64,000 bases of DNA, from contig OZ024743.1 in the NCBI GenBank assembly GCA_964016885.1, positions 10,540,001 to 10,604,000 on the forward strand, given 5' to 3'. The DNA is from Eledone cirrhosa (taxonomy: Eukaryota). Both the position numbers and the translations under genes were made by a program. The notes below the pieces were generated by a model. That model was given only the letters and a program-made list of their open reading frames with translations, did not search any database and was not told where the DNA came from. Of this stretch, positions 1 through 13,184 are shown in pieces (within the stretch, counting starts at the first letter, position 1; each line of letters begins with the position of its first letter).

Positions 1-49
1 CAGAATCGAAGAGATAAAATAAAAATCCAATTACCGACCTCTGCCCCTA

Positions 50-345
50 ATTTTCCTTATGCTGCCTGTACTTATAGATATATTTGTGCAGAGAGATGTT
101 CATAATGGACAACACATTCAGAGAAGTAGCAGCTCTACCTGGAGTGACTTACTGATCTCTGAGCTACACACTCTATTGAGTAACTTTATTCCAAAGACGC
201 TTCAGAAGGACCCCATTTCAGCTGCTTGTATTCGCAATCATATTCTCTCGATCATTACCCAAGATTCATGACCATATGTAAGGGTTGGTACAAATGCCAA
301 ATTCAAGATAGCTAGTTTGGCTTTTACACCTACCTCCCTTATTCT
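50..345 (-). mobile_element. Degraded RTE LINE fragment (Expander/Rex3-like family, C-terminal part)
   Basis: Aligns by eye with 13330-13620 and 25430-25700 (shared ttccaaagac..ttcagaag..ccccatttcag and cccaagattcatgaccat). The minus strand encodes the RTE GHESW motif. Confidence 0.7.
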
Positions 346-689
346 GATGAGTGAAGGCTACAATGAGTCAAGCAAAGTGTGGCTCTGAAAAAGCCTAGTT
401 TTGTGTATCTGAGAAAAGTACTAAATTGATGACTGGTGTGAATAAGACAACTAAGACACTGCAATATGGTCAGAAAAAATAAAGGCATTCTACCACATTA
501 TCCTTCACATGGAATAACAAAGGTGGCATTCAGGCCTTAGGTAGAGGGGCCTGTTTGAAAAATATATTGCAAGAACTGGCAATGGGCCTATGACCTGTCC
601 TGGGAGGTGGTTAATGGGTGTACCAAGGTTGCATATTCTGAGACGCCAAGGTGGGTCCAGAAAGGAGCAAACCATTAACAATTGACAAA

Positions 690-1112
690 ACAACTATGTT
701 TCAATTAATTTTGAAAAGTTTGGAAGAATTTAATAAATGGACTGACTTTTTCATTATTAAGCTGATGTTTATGGCAGTGGATTGGCAGAATCAGTAGAAC
801 ATCAGACAACATGCTTCATGGCATAGTTAGTTTCACTGAGTGTAGCTTTGCCTTTCATCCTTATGGGCTCAATAAAATAAAGTACTTGCAACACACTGGG
901 ATCAATTTGCTTGACTTTCCCTCCCACAAAAATTGTTGGCATTACACCTAGATCAGAAACCATTATTAAGCTGATGTTTAGAACATTACTTTACAAATAT
1001 TTCCAACATAAAATTATGATATATTTTGATATAAGCATGAGGATATTAAAATAGGTTATTTATATCATAGAAGTAAGGATAGTTTCAGGTGGGTTGGTAT
1101 CAAAAGGGTTAA
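690..1112. mobile_element. TTAA-ended MITE (piggyBac-like terminus) interrupted by a SINE
   Basis: Ends ggtatcaaaagggTTAA, like the copies at 31944-32200 and 50566-50760. Left end is uncertain. Confidence 0.5.
772..960 (+). mobile_element. tRNA-derived SINE (family A, older copy) with 20-bp TSD
   Basis: Head tggcagtggattggcagaatc and core gcctttcatcctt...aataaaataaagtac. Perfect direct repeat cattattaagctgatgttta at 752-771 and 961-980. Confidence 0.85.
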
Positions 1113-1739
1113 ATATAACTCCTTCACTTGTGGCTTCCTGGAGAAAGGGGAAATAATATGCCACCCACGTCAGTTGCCTAATTTGAACATGGTTGATTAC
1201 CCATCTGAATAGATCTATAGATTAAGTCACTATGAGAGAAATATAGAGAAGGATGATGGGTGAGAGACAAAAAAAGAAGAAAAAGAATGAGAGAGAGAGA
1301 GCAGGAAAGAGAAAGATAAGTGATCAGTTGTGTTTGCACAGTGTCCAATAGAGAAAACATACATGCAATTTTCACCAGTTAAGGTAGACCTTCAAAATAG
1401 TAAATGAACAGGAATAATCAATATTTGCTTAGATTAAATTTAGTAACTTTGCTTATTGCAGATTCCTAGAGAAAGAAGTTAAACACATTCTCACACACAC
1501 ACACATATATATATACAGAGAGAGAGAGGGGGGAGAGAGAGAGAATAAGGTTAAAACCAGCCTGATATATACATGGGTTGTGCTGACTGGTTATAGTGTC
1601 TACCAATTTATATGAAGATAGATGAAATTGCTAGGCAGTGTGATGAGGTTTACACTTTCCATCAAACACGCTCTACTCATTCCCATGCATAAAGGACTAC
1701 CTTGATTTGTGGTCTCCTTGGTCTCGGCACCACAGACTT

Positions 1740-3225
1740 TCAATGTATATATGTATAGCAAGGGTTGGATAGGTCTACATGAACCAAGTCAGTACTGAAG
1801 TGAGTATACAGCTGGGGGGTATAAGTCAGTACTGAAGTGAGTATACAGCTGGGGGGTATGCATCTCGCTTGCATAGTCTTATATTCTATCAAGTGCACAG
1901 TAGAGATTATTATATCTTTGACAAAACTGAAGGGTTCACCCAACTATTTGTTTAGCAAGCTTTCTATGGGTGGATGCCCTTCCTATCTCCAATGCCTTTA
2001 CAATGTATACTTGGTGTGTTTATTGTATAGGTCACCAACACTAAGGATGGTAACACTAAGGATGTTCTCATGTCCTTCACACAATTGAAGGGCTCTCTCA
2101 ACCCATTGTTTGGCAAGCTTTCTACAGTTGGATGCCCTTTCTATCACCAACCACTTTACAGTGTCTACTGTGTGTGTTTATCAGGTAGGTTCCCAACACT
2201 AGAGAGGTTGTCACATGACTGAAGGGCCCTCTCAACCCATTTTCATAGTCATGGTTTCTACAGTAGGGTACCCTTCTTGTGGCAAACCACCTTACATGGT
2301 GTATCAGGTTGGTCTTTGTCCCAACGGAAGAACTCTATGTATGTGTGTTGGGGGGGGGGGGGTAGGAGGGGTTATGAATGAAGTGATGGCAAATGTGGTG
2401 TGATTTAACAGGGTGATGAGTGGTAAAGGGGATGCAGTGGTGAGAACACTGAACTAGTGAAGGCGGGTGGGTGGGGCATAGATGGTTTGGTCATTAGCAT
2501 AAGGGTAGGCATGGCACTCACTATTTTCTCCATCACTACATCCATTGGTGCATTCTCAATTTGTTTCTTTTTAGCCTCTACATGTCCTATGTGGTCAAAG
2601 CCTTTGATTTCCTTGCAGTTCACACAAAAAAAAATCATACAGTTAACCCTTTACTCTGAGAGAAAGACCCTTTGTTGTCAGCAGAAACAGTTCTTTAAAC
2701 TTCTTCCAGTCTGTTCTTATCCTAGCTATCACACTTTTGGTGCATCCACGCTTCCACTGCTAATTTGATCACCTAGGTAACAAAAGCTGTCAACTACTTC
2801 TAATGAGCCTCTTGATAACTGAAGGAATCTATTTCATGTCTACTCTTAGTGCTTATTTCTCCAAAGTCTGTCCTTCCTGTTAACCTGCTTGCAATCTAAC
2901 TAGATCTCACGTGTGTCAATGAATTACACTGTGTGCATCTTATGGAAATTCTGCCCACCTTTTTCTGATTTATCAAACAAGACCACTTCCCTGATGGTAT
3001 CATCTTCCTGTCTTCTTTCCTACTTATTAAGACTTTTGTCTTTGCTAAGTTTACTTTTAGGCCTTTCAACTCAAAATTATTCTTCTATGCTTGCAATTTT
3101 GCCTCTAACTCTCCTACAGATTCTGCTATGAAGACTGGGTCATTAGCATATAGGAGCTCCTTTAGAGTGCCAGTTTTAAACTCCTCAACAATGGTCTGAA
3201 GGACAATGATAAACAGGAATGGACT
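1740..3225 (-). mobile_element. Degraded 3' portion of an RTE LINE with three tandem 3'UTR modules
   Basis: 2640-3220 resembles the RT C-terminal region of the intact copies (antisense of EEFKTG..KELL, SFCYLGD). 1925-2300 holds three copies of the antisense GGAAGGGCATCC module. Confidence 0.65.
1786..1859. repeat. Perfect 37-bp tandem duplication
   Basis: aagtcagtactgaagtgagtatacagctggggggtat occurs twice (1786-1822, 1823-1859). Confidence 0.95.
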
Positions 3226-3690
3226 GTTTTATGAATATATATATATGTATATTAATAAATTCATAAAATCACATTACAATGAGGTGCTTCAAACTACACA
3301 CCATCTTAATTAAGGTTAACTGGAATCCAGTAACAGAGTACTTCACTTACAGAATCAGTGGTAAAGTGGAAATATTGAATATAATAATTAGAGTTATCAA
3401 CAAAAATTAATATGACTAACAACCAATCGACCATCAAATCATCTAATGAATATATCAAAATTATTGATATATCCTACAAATTAATTATGGTCACCAACAA
3501 AATTAATACAACTAACATCAAACAATTGATAATTGACTCAGTCAATAAAAATGTAAAAGATATTGATATATACTCAAACCACTGCCAGTTTTACCAAAAG
3601 CTGAACTGGTCGGAGCAGTTACATAAATAAGTGTACATTCCAGGAGTATGTTGCATCATCAACCCAGAATTGGCATATGGATCTTCAGTG

Positions 3691-3739
<49 letters not shown>

Positions 3740-4090
3740 GGAGGCACATGGCTTAGTAGTTAGAGCATTGGCCTTGCAATCGAAAGGTTGCGAGTTCAAT
3801 CCTCAGATCGGGTGATGTGTTGTTTCCTTGAGCAAGACACTTTATTTCAAATTGCTCCAGTTTACTCAGTTGTAGAAATGAGATGATAGGACTGGGGTCC
3901 CTATCATTCCACTGTAAAGTGGACATGTAGGTGGTCGTGTAGGTTCCACGGCAAAAAAGCACCCAGCACTCACTGTAAATGAGGTTGGTTTTAGGAAGGG
4001 CATCCAGCTGTAGAAATCAAGCCAGAATCAGTTCCCGTCCCACCCTTGCAAGCAGGGAAAAGCAGACGTAAAATGATGATGATGATGATG
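3740..4090 (+). mobile_element. Chimeric SINE: tRNA-like head (family B) + RTE UTR module + RTE family-A 3' tail
   Basis: A box tggcttagtagttag and B box gagttcaatcc, then ccttgagcaagacacttt core and the GGAAGGGCATCC module. 4034-4085 matches the RTE tail at 17766-17815 with one mismatch and ends in (GAT)n. Confidence 0.8.
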
Positions 4091-4745
4091 ATATATATAT
4101 ATGGAATGTTTTTTTCTGAAAAGGAACAGAGTGAATAGTTAAATAAAGCACCCAATACATAATTTATTTCAGACAGAAATTCTTCTACAGGACTAGAACT
4201 ATTCTATTCATTTGAAATCATCAGGAAAGTCTTCACAATTTCAAATGTATGAAATCATTTGTAATAGTCATTAATATCTGAATCAAATTATATATTGAAG
4301 TGAATGTAATTTTGAGAGATTACAGTTTGAACTAGAAAGTATGTGATTAAAAAAATTGTGAATTTACTTAGTGTACAGAGTAGTAAGAAACTCTCAGGAA
4401 GGCTGGATAACAGAAGGTCTTCAGAGAAGAAACCCTTTAAGTAAAATTATGAGGTTGTACAAAGTTATATGGAATCAGATAAACTGTAGAAGCTATAGAA
4501 ATATTCTTAAATTAGTTAAGTCTTTTATGAATTAATTAGATACAAAATAGATTAGGAGAACAATCATAATTTATGGTAATCATTGAACTATAACTACATT
4601 GGGGAGATTAGATGTATCTTAATATTATAAATTGAGACTAATTTACTGTTATAATTTGTGATGAGATCACAAATTATAACATGGCAAGTGTACATTAAAT
4701 AAAAAAAGAATAATGGTGACAAAGGAAAAAAATAAAACAAGTCTA

Positions 4746-4795
4746 TACATTAGATGAAGTTGAAATATAAATATATTTCAACTTCATCTAATGTA
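4746..4795. repeat. Perfect 24-bp inverted repeat with 2-nt spacer
   Basis: tacattagatgaagttgaaatata-aa-tatatttcaacttcatctaatgta. Confidence 0.95.
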
Positions 4796-4797
4796 GT

Positions 4798-4799
<2 letters not shown>

Positions 4800-4855
<56 letters not shown>
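4800..4855. repeat. (TA)n microsatellite
   Basis: Uninterrupted AT dinucleotide run. Confidence 0.98.
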
Positions 4856-4858
<3 letters not shown>

Positions 4859-5191
4859 AATGAGAACATAAAGAAATAAAGAAGACAAAATATGCACAGC
4901 TGTGAATATACACACATGAAGTCCTATAATAACAAATAGTTTGTAAAAGTTCCAGTTTGTACAAAGGCATCAAAAGATTACTGTATTTCAGTATACAAAG
5001 AAATATAATCAAAACTAGAAATATTAATTATGTAGGGACAAGAAGGCATTAAAGGTACATCTATGGAAGTATAAAATATACAATAACATGCAAGAAAAAG
5101 GTATATTAGTGTATGACCTAGATTTTACATAAATGCAAACATCCAAATGTTCATACAAAAGCAAAGCATACACATGTGAATACTTTTAAAA

Positions 5192-5227
<36 letters not shown>

Positions 5228-6160
5228 CTCCCTCTCTTTCCCCCTCTCTCTCTCATATATATATGTAGGTAGATAGATAATTTGTTTTATCTCATCGAAT
5301 ATACAAAGCACAAAAGAACTAGTGTATATCTGAACCAAATGCTTCAAAGGAATAAAGTTCTTCAATTTGTATATATAGACTTGTTTTTTCACACACATAT
5401 GTATGAAGGGAATTTATCTGAATAACTAAAATCACATAAAAAACATGACAATCACATCTGTGCAAAACTAGATATTTATGTAGGTCTAATACCTATAATA
5501 TGAGTGCTATATTCAATAATGGGATAGCCAGGTGAGAACATATGGTCATATGTGAAAACCCTTCAATCACATTAACTCTATTCTTTTCAGGTGCAGAAAG
5601 CAGACACTAAGCAACCCACTATTTCTTTCTTGCACAATTTCAGTAATACAAAATCAATTTTGAGATGATGAAAGATATGTCTTGGGAAATTATTGAGCTG
5701 CTGGATCAGAATTGAATATACTCATGCTTTGTACAAGAAATAATATAGAGAGTATCTTCAGCAACACTCCTCTCAAGTGAGGAAAACGTAAACCCATTCT
5801 TCTAGATGGATACCAGAAGTAAAGAGGGAGGAATTAGCACCATTGAGATAGTCAGAACATGTGACAGAATAATTAAGATATGACTAGCCATAGGTAACAC
5901 AACAGCAGCATATACAACATAATAAGGACAGACAAATGAGGCCCTCGTATGTACAGCCTCATGGCTGGTGAGTCTAATGTTTTGCTGAACAACACCATGA
6001 TTCCTGTTATGATATATATCATGGCTATTATTGTTGTATACATATTGAAGAGCAGCCATGGCTCATGAAGTTCTGTGATGGAAATTTGTTACATATTCAA
6101 AAGCTGGAAAAATCAAAGTGAGTATTTATTGCTGGTGGCATAATGTTAGTGTGTCTAAAT

Positions 6161-6351
6161 AATTGTTTCTACGTTAGGCACAAGGCCAGCAAATACCCAG
6201 TGTATTACTGGTACTTTATTTTATCGACCCCGTAAGGATGAAAGGCAAAGTTAACCTCGGCGTGATTTGAACTCAGAATGGCAAGGGCCGTAACTCTATG
6301 CGCCAAAGCATGGCATCCGACACTCTACCAATACTGCCAATCCACCGCCTA
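6161..6351 (-). mobile_element. tRNA-derived SINE family A (young, short variant) with 14-bp TSD
   Basis: Near-identical to the copies at 40990-41177 and 43942-44123. TSD tagtgtgtctaaat at 6147-6160 and 6352-6365. Core GCCTTTCATCCTTACGGGGTCGATAAAATAAAGTACC resembles the MetaSINE/Nin-type conserved domain (from recall). Confidence 0.9.
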
Positions 6352-6429
6352 TAGTGTGTCTAAATGTGTCTAAATAATGAAGCATAAATAAACTAAATAG
6401 ATGAAAATAAAAGGAATCAGATGTAGTGG

Positions 6430-6670
6430 GAAAGAGAGAAGATAGCACTGATATGAAAATGTGTTGTGTATGCAGAATGACAGTTGGGTAATGTGGAAGG
6501 AACCTGTGGAAGAAGAGGACCCAAAAAAGACATGGGAAGAAGTAGTGAAACTTTATCTGAGATGGGTGAATTTCATAAAGGTGATGACAAAGAACCACAA
6601 GTGTTGAGACACTATGTACAAGAAGATCTATTCAACCCATGCAAGTGTTGGGAAATATGTAAAATGATGA
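6430..6670 (+). mobile_element. RTE LINE extreme 3' remnant
   Basis: Decayed EG..GRGRPKKTW coding segment followed by aacccatgcaag...aaaatgatgat tail. Confidence 0.65.
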
Positions 6671-7149
6671 TATATACATATATGTGTGTGCATGCATATG
6701 AGTGTGTTTGCATGTGTGAGTGGGTGTGTGTACATATGTTCGTCCTTATGTGTATGTGTGTGTGTGCACATGACATTTTGCATCTATGAAATGTAGGTTT
6801 TGAGCACACATCATGGCGTATTGCCCTAAAGAAATAACATATCAATATCAACCACAGCAGGATTTCGTATTCAATTTCTAAGCAGCATATTTTCCAGCCC
6901 AATCCAATATTTAATTTTAGTGTGAGTAAATTTTAATATTAAGTATTTCTATAAAAAATGCATGAGCTAACAGTATGTCCCTAAAAATTTAGCTGCAATT
7001 TCTGAATGGAAGCTTATCTCGCTTGACATGGTTTGATCAACTTGTAAAAAATAAAAATCTCACACATGCATTTTGGTTTAAGTTGGTTTCAATGTTAATC
7101 ATTTCCCATGGTTCAAAACTGTTAATCACTAGCCTGAATTTTTAGGGCT

Positions 7150-7495
7150 GTGAAGGCTTGTGGCTTAGTAGTTCAGATGTTGGTGTACATATGTAAGGTC
7201 ATAAGTTTAATTCCAGAGATAAGTGGTACATTCTGTTCTTGAACAAGAAACTTATTTCATGTTGCTCTAATCCACTCAGTTGAGAAAAATGAGCTTCAGT
7301 GATAGTGGTGCCAGATTGTATTGGCCTTTGCTTTTCACTTGAACAACATTGATGGCATGAAAAGGGGAGGCTAGTATGTATGAGTCACTACCAGTTTTCC
7401 ACAAAAAAAGCACGTAGCCTAAAGGAACTTGCACCTTGCAGAGAAACTTTTCAGATGCAAACCCATGGTTAGTTATGACTGAATCAGACCTTTAG
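7150..7495 (+). mobile_element. tRNA-derived SINE family B (degraded)
   Basis: Head tggcttagtagtt, core ttgaacaagaaactt..ttgctctaatccactcag. 3' half is shared with 10962-11255. Confidence 0.7.
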
Positions 7496-10400
7496 TTTTA
7501 CATTTGAAAAATCTTTTCTATTGGTAACACCAGAGGCATCTTATCAGATCTAAACCTAGGACACAATTCTTGTATAGAATTCAAACTTAAGCACTATCTA
7601 GTATGAGATGAACTTTGTTCAGTGTATTGTAGCATGTCACCTTCATAGTGCTAGTGAGAAGAGTATGGGATAAAATTGTACTAAAACATGGAAAAGGGAA
7701 ATAAAAAGAAATCAATGAACATTAAAATGTAGGTATCTAAAATAACCTCACTGAAATGTCTTCAAAATGAAATGAAGATCTTTAAGATATTAATGCAGAA
7801 GATAAGTATCTTTACTGATTTCAATTACTCACTGTAAGAACATTTTTTTTCTTTCCTTATAGAATTTTCAAATCAAAAACTACTTCTTAGCAATAGCTGA
7901 TAAAATTTATTAATATAGGATATATAGGATGCTTTTGTTGCAAAGTGTTTTCTTTATTTGTCTAAGTTGCTTTATTATTATTATTATTATTATTATTAGC
8001 AGTGTTATTATTTGCTTTTACTTGTGCTAAATGAGATTTGGGAATTAAAAGAAAATAGATTTTATTGATGGAAGTTTAACTTTGGGATATATCTTGAAAT
8101 ATTTTATTGATGTTTGCTGGTCTCTTATGATTTACTTTCTTTATCAACAACAAAACCATTGAATGACAAAGGAAGTTGAATAAATAAACTAATGACAACT
8201 TTGAGGAAAATGTCTGATATATTAATAGGATTTGATTTAATGTAATCTCAGTCTGCAAGATTGATGAACTTATTTGACATAAACTTTTTAGTGTACATTA
8301 TTTAGAAGAATCACTTCAACAATTAAAACATATTCTTCTTAAGCCTGACATGATTGTTTCAAATATATATTACATGCAGACACACACACACACATAATAT
8401 ATGAGTGTGTGTGTAATATACATATATATATATATGCACAGACAACATGCAATACACAACACATATATACATACATACACATATATATATATATATTGGT
8501 TTATTTATATTATTATATTCTAATCAACATATCTTTAATAATTATATTGATATTTATTTAATAATAGTAATATATATTGAAAATAATTGCATTTGCTATT
8601 CTAAGCAGGTTTAAAATTAAGTATGGATGGAAATAATGATCTTAATTAACAAATGTGATATTAGTAGACAAACAAATGGGTAAGGTTCAAAACATATCAC
8701 GTAATATATAGAAGAAATGCATACAAAATGGATCAACTTACTTTGTAATGAAAATGTTCTATTCAAAATATTTTAAGTGTTTTTTTTTTTCAATAATGAT
8801 GGGATATTAAAATATCTTTGTTGGTGAATTTCAAGAACTTTTACAGGTTTTTGAAACTCTACTACAGATAAAAATGTTCAGAATCTATCTAATAAATTCA
8901 GAACTGTTACTCGTTTTAGATCTATCCTTTATTATACTGATGCAGCTGAAACTGTTCTTGGTTTTATGATACAAAACTGTTCGTTGAGTAACATCCTCAT
9001 CAACATCATCATTGCCATTTAATGTCTATTTTCGATGCTTGCACGGTTTGGACAGATTGTCATGTACAGAGACTAGACTGGTCAGGTGACTATATCTTGC
9101 TCAAAATGTTCCAGTTCTGGCTTGGCTTCTAGGATTGGATAACCTTCTTAATGCCAACTACTTTACAGCATATTAATAGTTTTCTAAAATCCTTTCCTCA
9201 TAATTTTATGTAAAACTTTGTTCCACACCCTAACTTAATAATGTGAATGATAATTATATTAATAAATCTCTCCAAATAATTGATTATTTTCAATGTAATT
9301 AAAAAAAAAGTCATTTAAATGTATTAATGAAAGGGTTGATAAAATATGATGTCTGTAATCTAAACATGGACCTCAGAATCTTGTACCATTTACCATTCGG
9401 AGAATGCACATAAAAATATTATATTATTTTATGGACATATTTAGTATCTAGCATGCCTGAAATGGTTTCTCTGCCTGCTGGAATTAGTTAATAAATCTCC
9501 CTCTAAACACCATACTGTAATAAAAAATAAAAAGAATCATTGGATAATGCAATCCTAGATACACTGACACCAAAAACAAAAACTGGGATGATAACGACTG
9601 GAAAATCTTTGATTAGTTCTGATCTGGGGCTAAATAACAACAGTGAGTATCAATAAATCAAGACATAACTTGAATAAAAGTATTAATATCTTATGGGATT
9701 ATGATGGATAGATAATATTTCCATTCCAAGAATGTTTTATAAGTAAAATAAGTTGTTACAACTGATCTGATAAAGCTGAATTGATAAATATGATATGGAG
9801 AATAAATATAAACATTTGATAAATAATGTGAACATAATTGCAGTAGCTTAATTATGGTGTACATGGTGGAAGTTAAATATATTGAGGATTATTCTATTAG
9901 TTTTATTTGTTTATCTGAGGATGAAATTCAGTGCTCAAAGCATTCTTAAGCCTTTATATATGGGAGAATCAAGGGAGTTGAATGAAGTTAGTGAATATTT
10001 ATATTGATCTGCTATGGGTAAGTGGCCATTCTTGCTGTAGTTTAGCCCCAGATTAACCCTAATCAAACAGGCGTATGATCAAAGGCATTCCACTCATGGC
10101 TATCCTGTTGTTTTAGGAGTACATATGATAGTATTATGTGTTCTATGTTTATTTAGAATGGTAGGATGTAATTTGAGAAAGATTTAATTTCTATTTACTT
10201 GCAGGTTGAGCTACAGCATAGATAATCCATGACTATCTCAAAGTTAGTGGCTGTATAGATCACAAGTTCCAAAGGAGTCAGTTGCAGAGAGACAACTAGA
10301 TCAATTGTTTATTAGTACAGAGTTTATGAAGTGAGGCAGAGTAAGAAAGAGAATTATGAGCATGTTCATCATATCAGTTTAGATAAAGACATTTCAAAAG

Positions 10401-10743
10401 AACTGAGGTCACAGAAGTATTCATGAAAAAGAAAAAAAAATAGATGAAAAGACAGTAGTTAAAGAGAGTATATAAGTTTGGTTTTACAGATCATTTACAG
10501 AATTTTTCTTGGATATAGTCATGTGATAGGAATTAATATGGTGGGTGATGCACCATTTCAAATAAGCAAAAAGAGTTAGTATCATATTTATCCATTTAGC
10601 TTCATCAGATCAGTTGTAGCAACTTTAAGACATAGAAAACTAAACATTTTAATATATATGGGCATTTGTATTTCTTTGAGAACTGGATGTACTCACCAAA
10701 GTTATGATGTTAAACACATAAAGTAAGTTCATTTACTTGTGTT

Positions 10744-10880
10744 CATCATCATCATCATCATCACTGTTTAACGTCCATTTTTCCATGATAGCATGGGTTA
10801 GACGAGTTATCCTGTTGTGAGCAATGCCAGGTCAGGTGACCCTGTAGAACTGATTTTGGCTGAATGGCCTTCCTAACGTT
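10744..10880 (-). mobile_element. RTE-tail short element
   Basis: (CAT)n followed by gtttaacgtccattttccatg...gcatgggttagacg, the antisense of the RTE 3' tail. Confidence 0.75.
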
Positions 10881-10961
10881 GTTATTCAGGAATAGTGGAC
10901 TAGAAACATAATTTTGTTTCTTTGCAACACAAAATACCTGTACTATATCACCATTGTGAAA

Positions 10962-11255
10962 GCAGGTGGCTTGGTGGTTAAAGAGTTGGATTCATAATCA
11001 CAGGGTTGTGAGTTGGATTCTGAACCAGTTCAGTCAGCTGTAGAAATGAGTTGTGACATCAGTGGTGCCAAGTTGCATTGGCCTTTGCATTCCCCTTGGA
11101 TAACATTAGTAGCTTGGAGAGGGAAGTCTGGTATGCATAGGTAACTGCTAGTCTTCTACAAAAACACCTTTGTTCAGTCTTGTACCTAGGAGGAAAACTT
11201 TCTAGGTACAAAACCCATGGTCATTTGTGATAGAAGGGTGTCTTTACCCTTTAGT
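10962..11255 (+). mobile_element. tRNA-derived SINE family B
   Basis: Head ggtggcttggtggttaaagag; collinear with 7150-7495. Confidence 0.7.
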
Positions 11256-11751
11256 ACTTTTGAGTATGACATGCCTGTAGCATATGATTTTATACATATT
11301 GTCATGTTACCATATTTCTAATGAAAGACATCACCTATGATTGTCAATTATTTTTTTAATAATCATGAATATGGAGGGATTATAACTAAATTATGCATCA
11401 TTAAGCTAATGCTTGGAACATAACTTAACAAGGTTCTTATAGAAAATTAAGATGGGCACTTTCTGTATAAATAAAAAAACTTGATAATAAACAACTTAAT
11501 ATAGAAACAGAGCGTTTACAGGTTGTTTTGTATAAAACCTGTTAACCTTAGGGATAGAGAAGTAAAGGTCAGGGGCTTAACTTTAGCTTCAGTGAATGAA
11601 AGATAAATCTTCCCTTGGATATGTTGCCAGACAACATTTTCAGATGATCTTGCATTTATTTCTACAGATATGCAATCTGCGACACAGAAATATGTATATT
11701 GCACTCAAATATGCAAGAAAACATATTCAATGGATTTGAACTCAAGACCTA

Positions 11752-11928
11752 TAATAATTGTTTCTACTTTTGACACAAGGCCAGCAATTACCCCAGTGCA
11801 CTACTGGTACTTTCTTTTATCGACCCCGTAAGGATGAAAGGCAAAGTTAACCTCAGCAAGATTTGAACTCAGAACGTAAATGGTCATAACTCTATGCTGC
11901 AAAGCATGGTGTATGTCACTCTACCGAT
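11752..11928 (-). mobile_element. SINE family A
   Basis: aataattgtttctac...actggtactt...tatcgaccccgtaaggatgaaaggcaaagttaacctc. Confidence 0.88.
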
Positions 11929-13184
11929 GTGGTCCCGTACCCAGCCAACCTCATCCTTTTGCTTTTCTGGGGCTATAAGCTATATGACAAAATCTTACAG
12001 GTTCTACCTAACCATGTAACCATCCAGCCAACCAACTAGCCATTCAATCAGCTTTCTTGAAGGCACGCATAGCAGAATTACCAATTTATCAATAAATTGG
12101 CCTTCCTTAAAAAGAATTGGTTAAGGACAGCCAGGACACTGGTTAGTGGAATAGAGTGGGGAGATACTCTCAATCCATGCCAAATGGAAAATGGATGCAA
12201 AACCATTGATGATGATATGTGTTGAGATGTTGCAGTGATGGTGTTGATTATGGTGGTGGTGGTAGTGGTGATGGCACTGGCAGCAGCACCAGTGGTGGTG
12301 GTGGTGGCAGTGAAGGTGAGGTTAATGATGGTTGTGTTGGTGGTTCTACTGTGGTGAGGTAATGGTTGCAGTTGGTATGGGAGAGGAGATAGATGATAGC
12401 TGAGATGGTATTTAAGTAGTTACTATGTGCATTTTACCTTTTGATTCTATTTTTGTTATCTTTTTTCATCCGCCAAACGTAGCCGACCTTGATGGAAGGG
12501 AATTATCAAAAGGGAGAAAGTTACTGACGTGTTAAATAATGACTAATCATTGCTGGAATAAAACATTTTATCTCAGAGAGAGGAAGAGGGAGATAATAAT
12601 TTTTATCGACCAACTGTCAAAGTGGAGTGGGAGGGAGATAAAATACATTTTGCTTCTGCACATTCTTTTTACATCTTTCATCTGATTTTGGATAATCACA
12701 GGTCAGAAACAGGAAATAGAATTAACAACAGAATGTGAAAATAGCAACAGAAATGCAGGCATTGACTTTAATACAGGATGATGGAGACAGAAACAGTGAA
12801 TGTGCTATTGTTACTAGCTGCATTGATCAGTGATGTATGGTGTTATTTAGGTCACAGAACATAGAATTGTACAGTGTAATTTAAGGAATATAGATAACTG
12901 ATGATGTATCATGTACATAGATACAATGTAAAGAAGAGATCATAAGTCTGATAGATATAACTTACATATCCTGAATGTGTGCACACATGTACATGCATAC
13001 TTATGTGTGAGTTTCGGTTTTGGTTATGCACTCATACATATAGAACATTAGAGTGTGAGAATCAATTTTGCACTCTTCCTACAGAAAAGTTGTCCCCTTC
13101 CTTATAGTTTAACAGTTAGATTCCTTATAAATATTTCTCAATTCACCACAAGTCATATGTCTTCTCCTTTTTCACTCACTTATT

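Noticed and set aside
5591-6117. Plus-strand exon-like segment with AG and GTGAGT signals
   Set aside because: Stops interrupt the frames inspected, and part of it resembles a decayed RTE endonuclease start.
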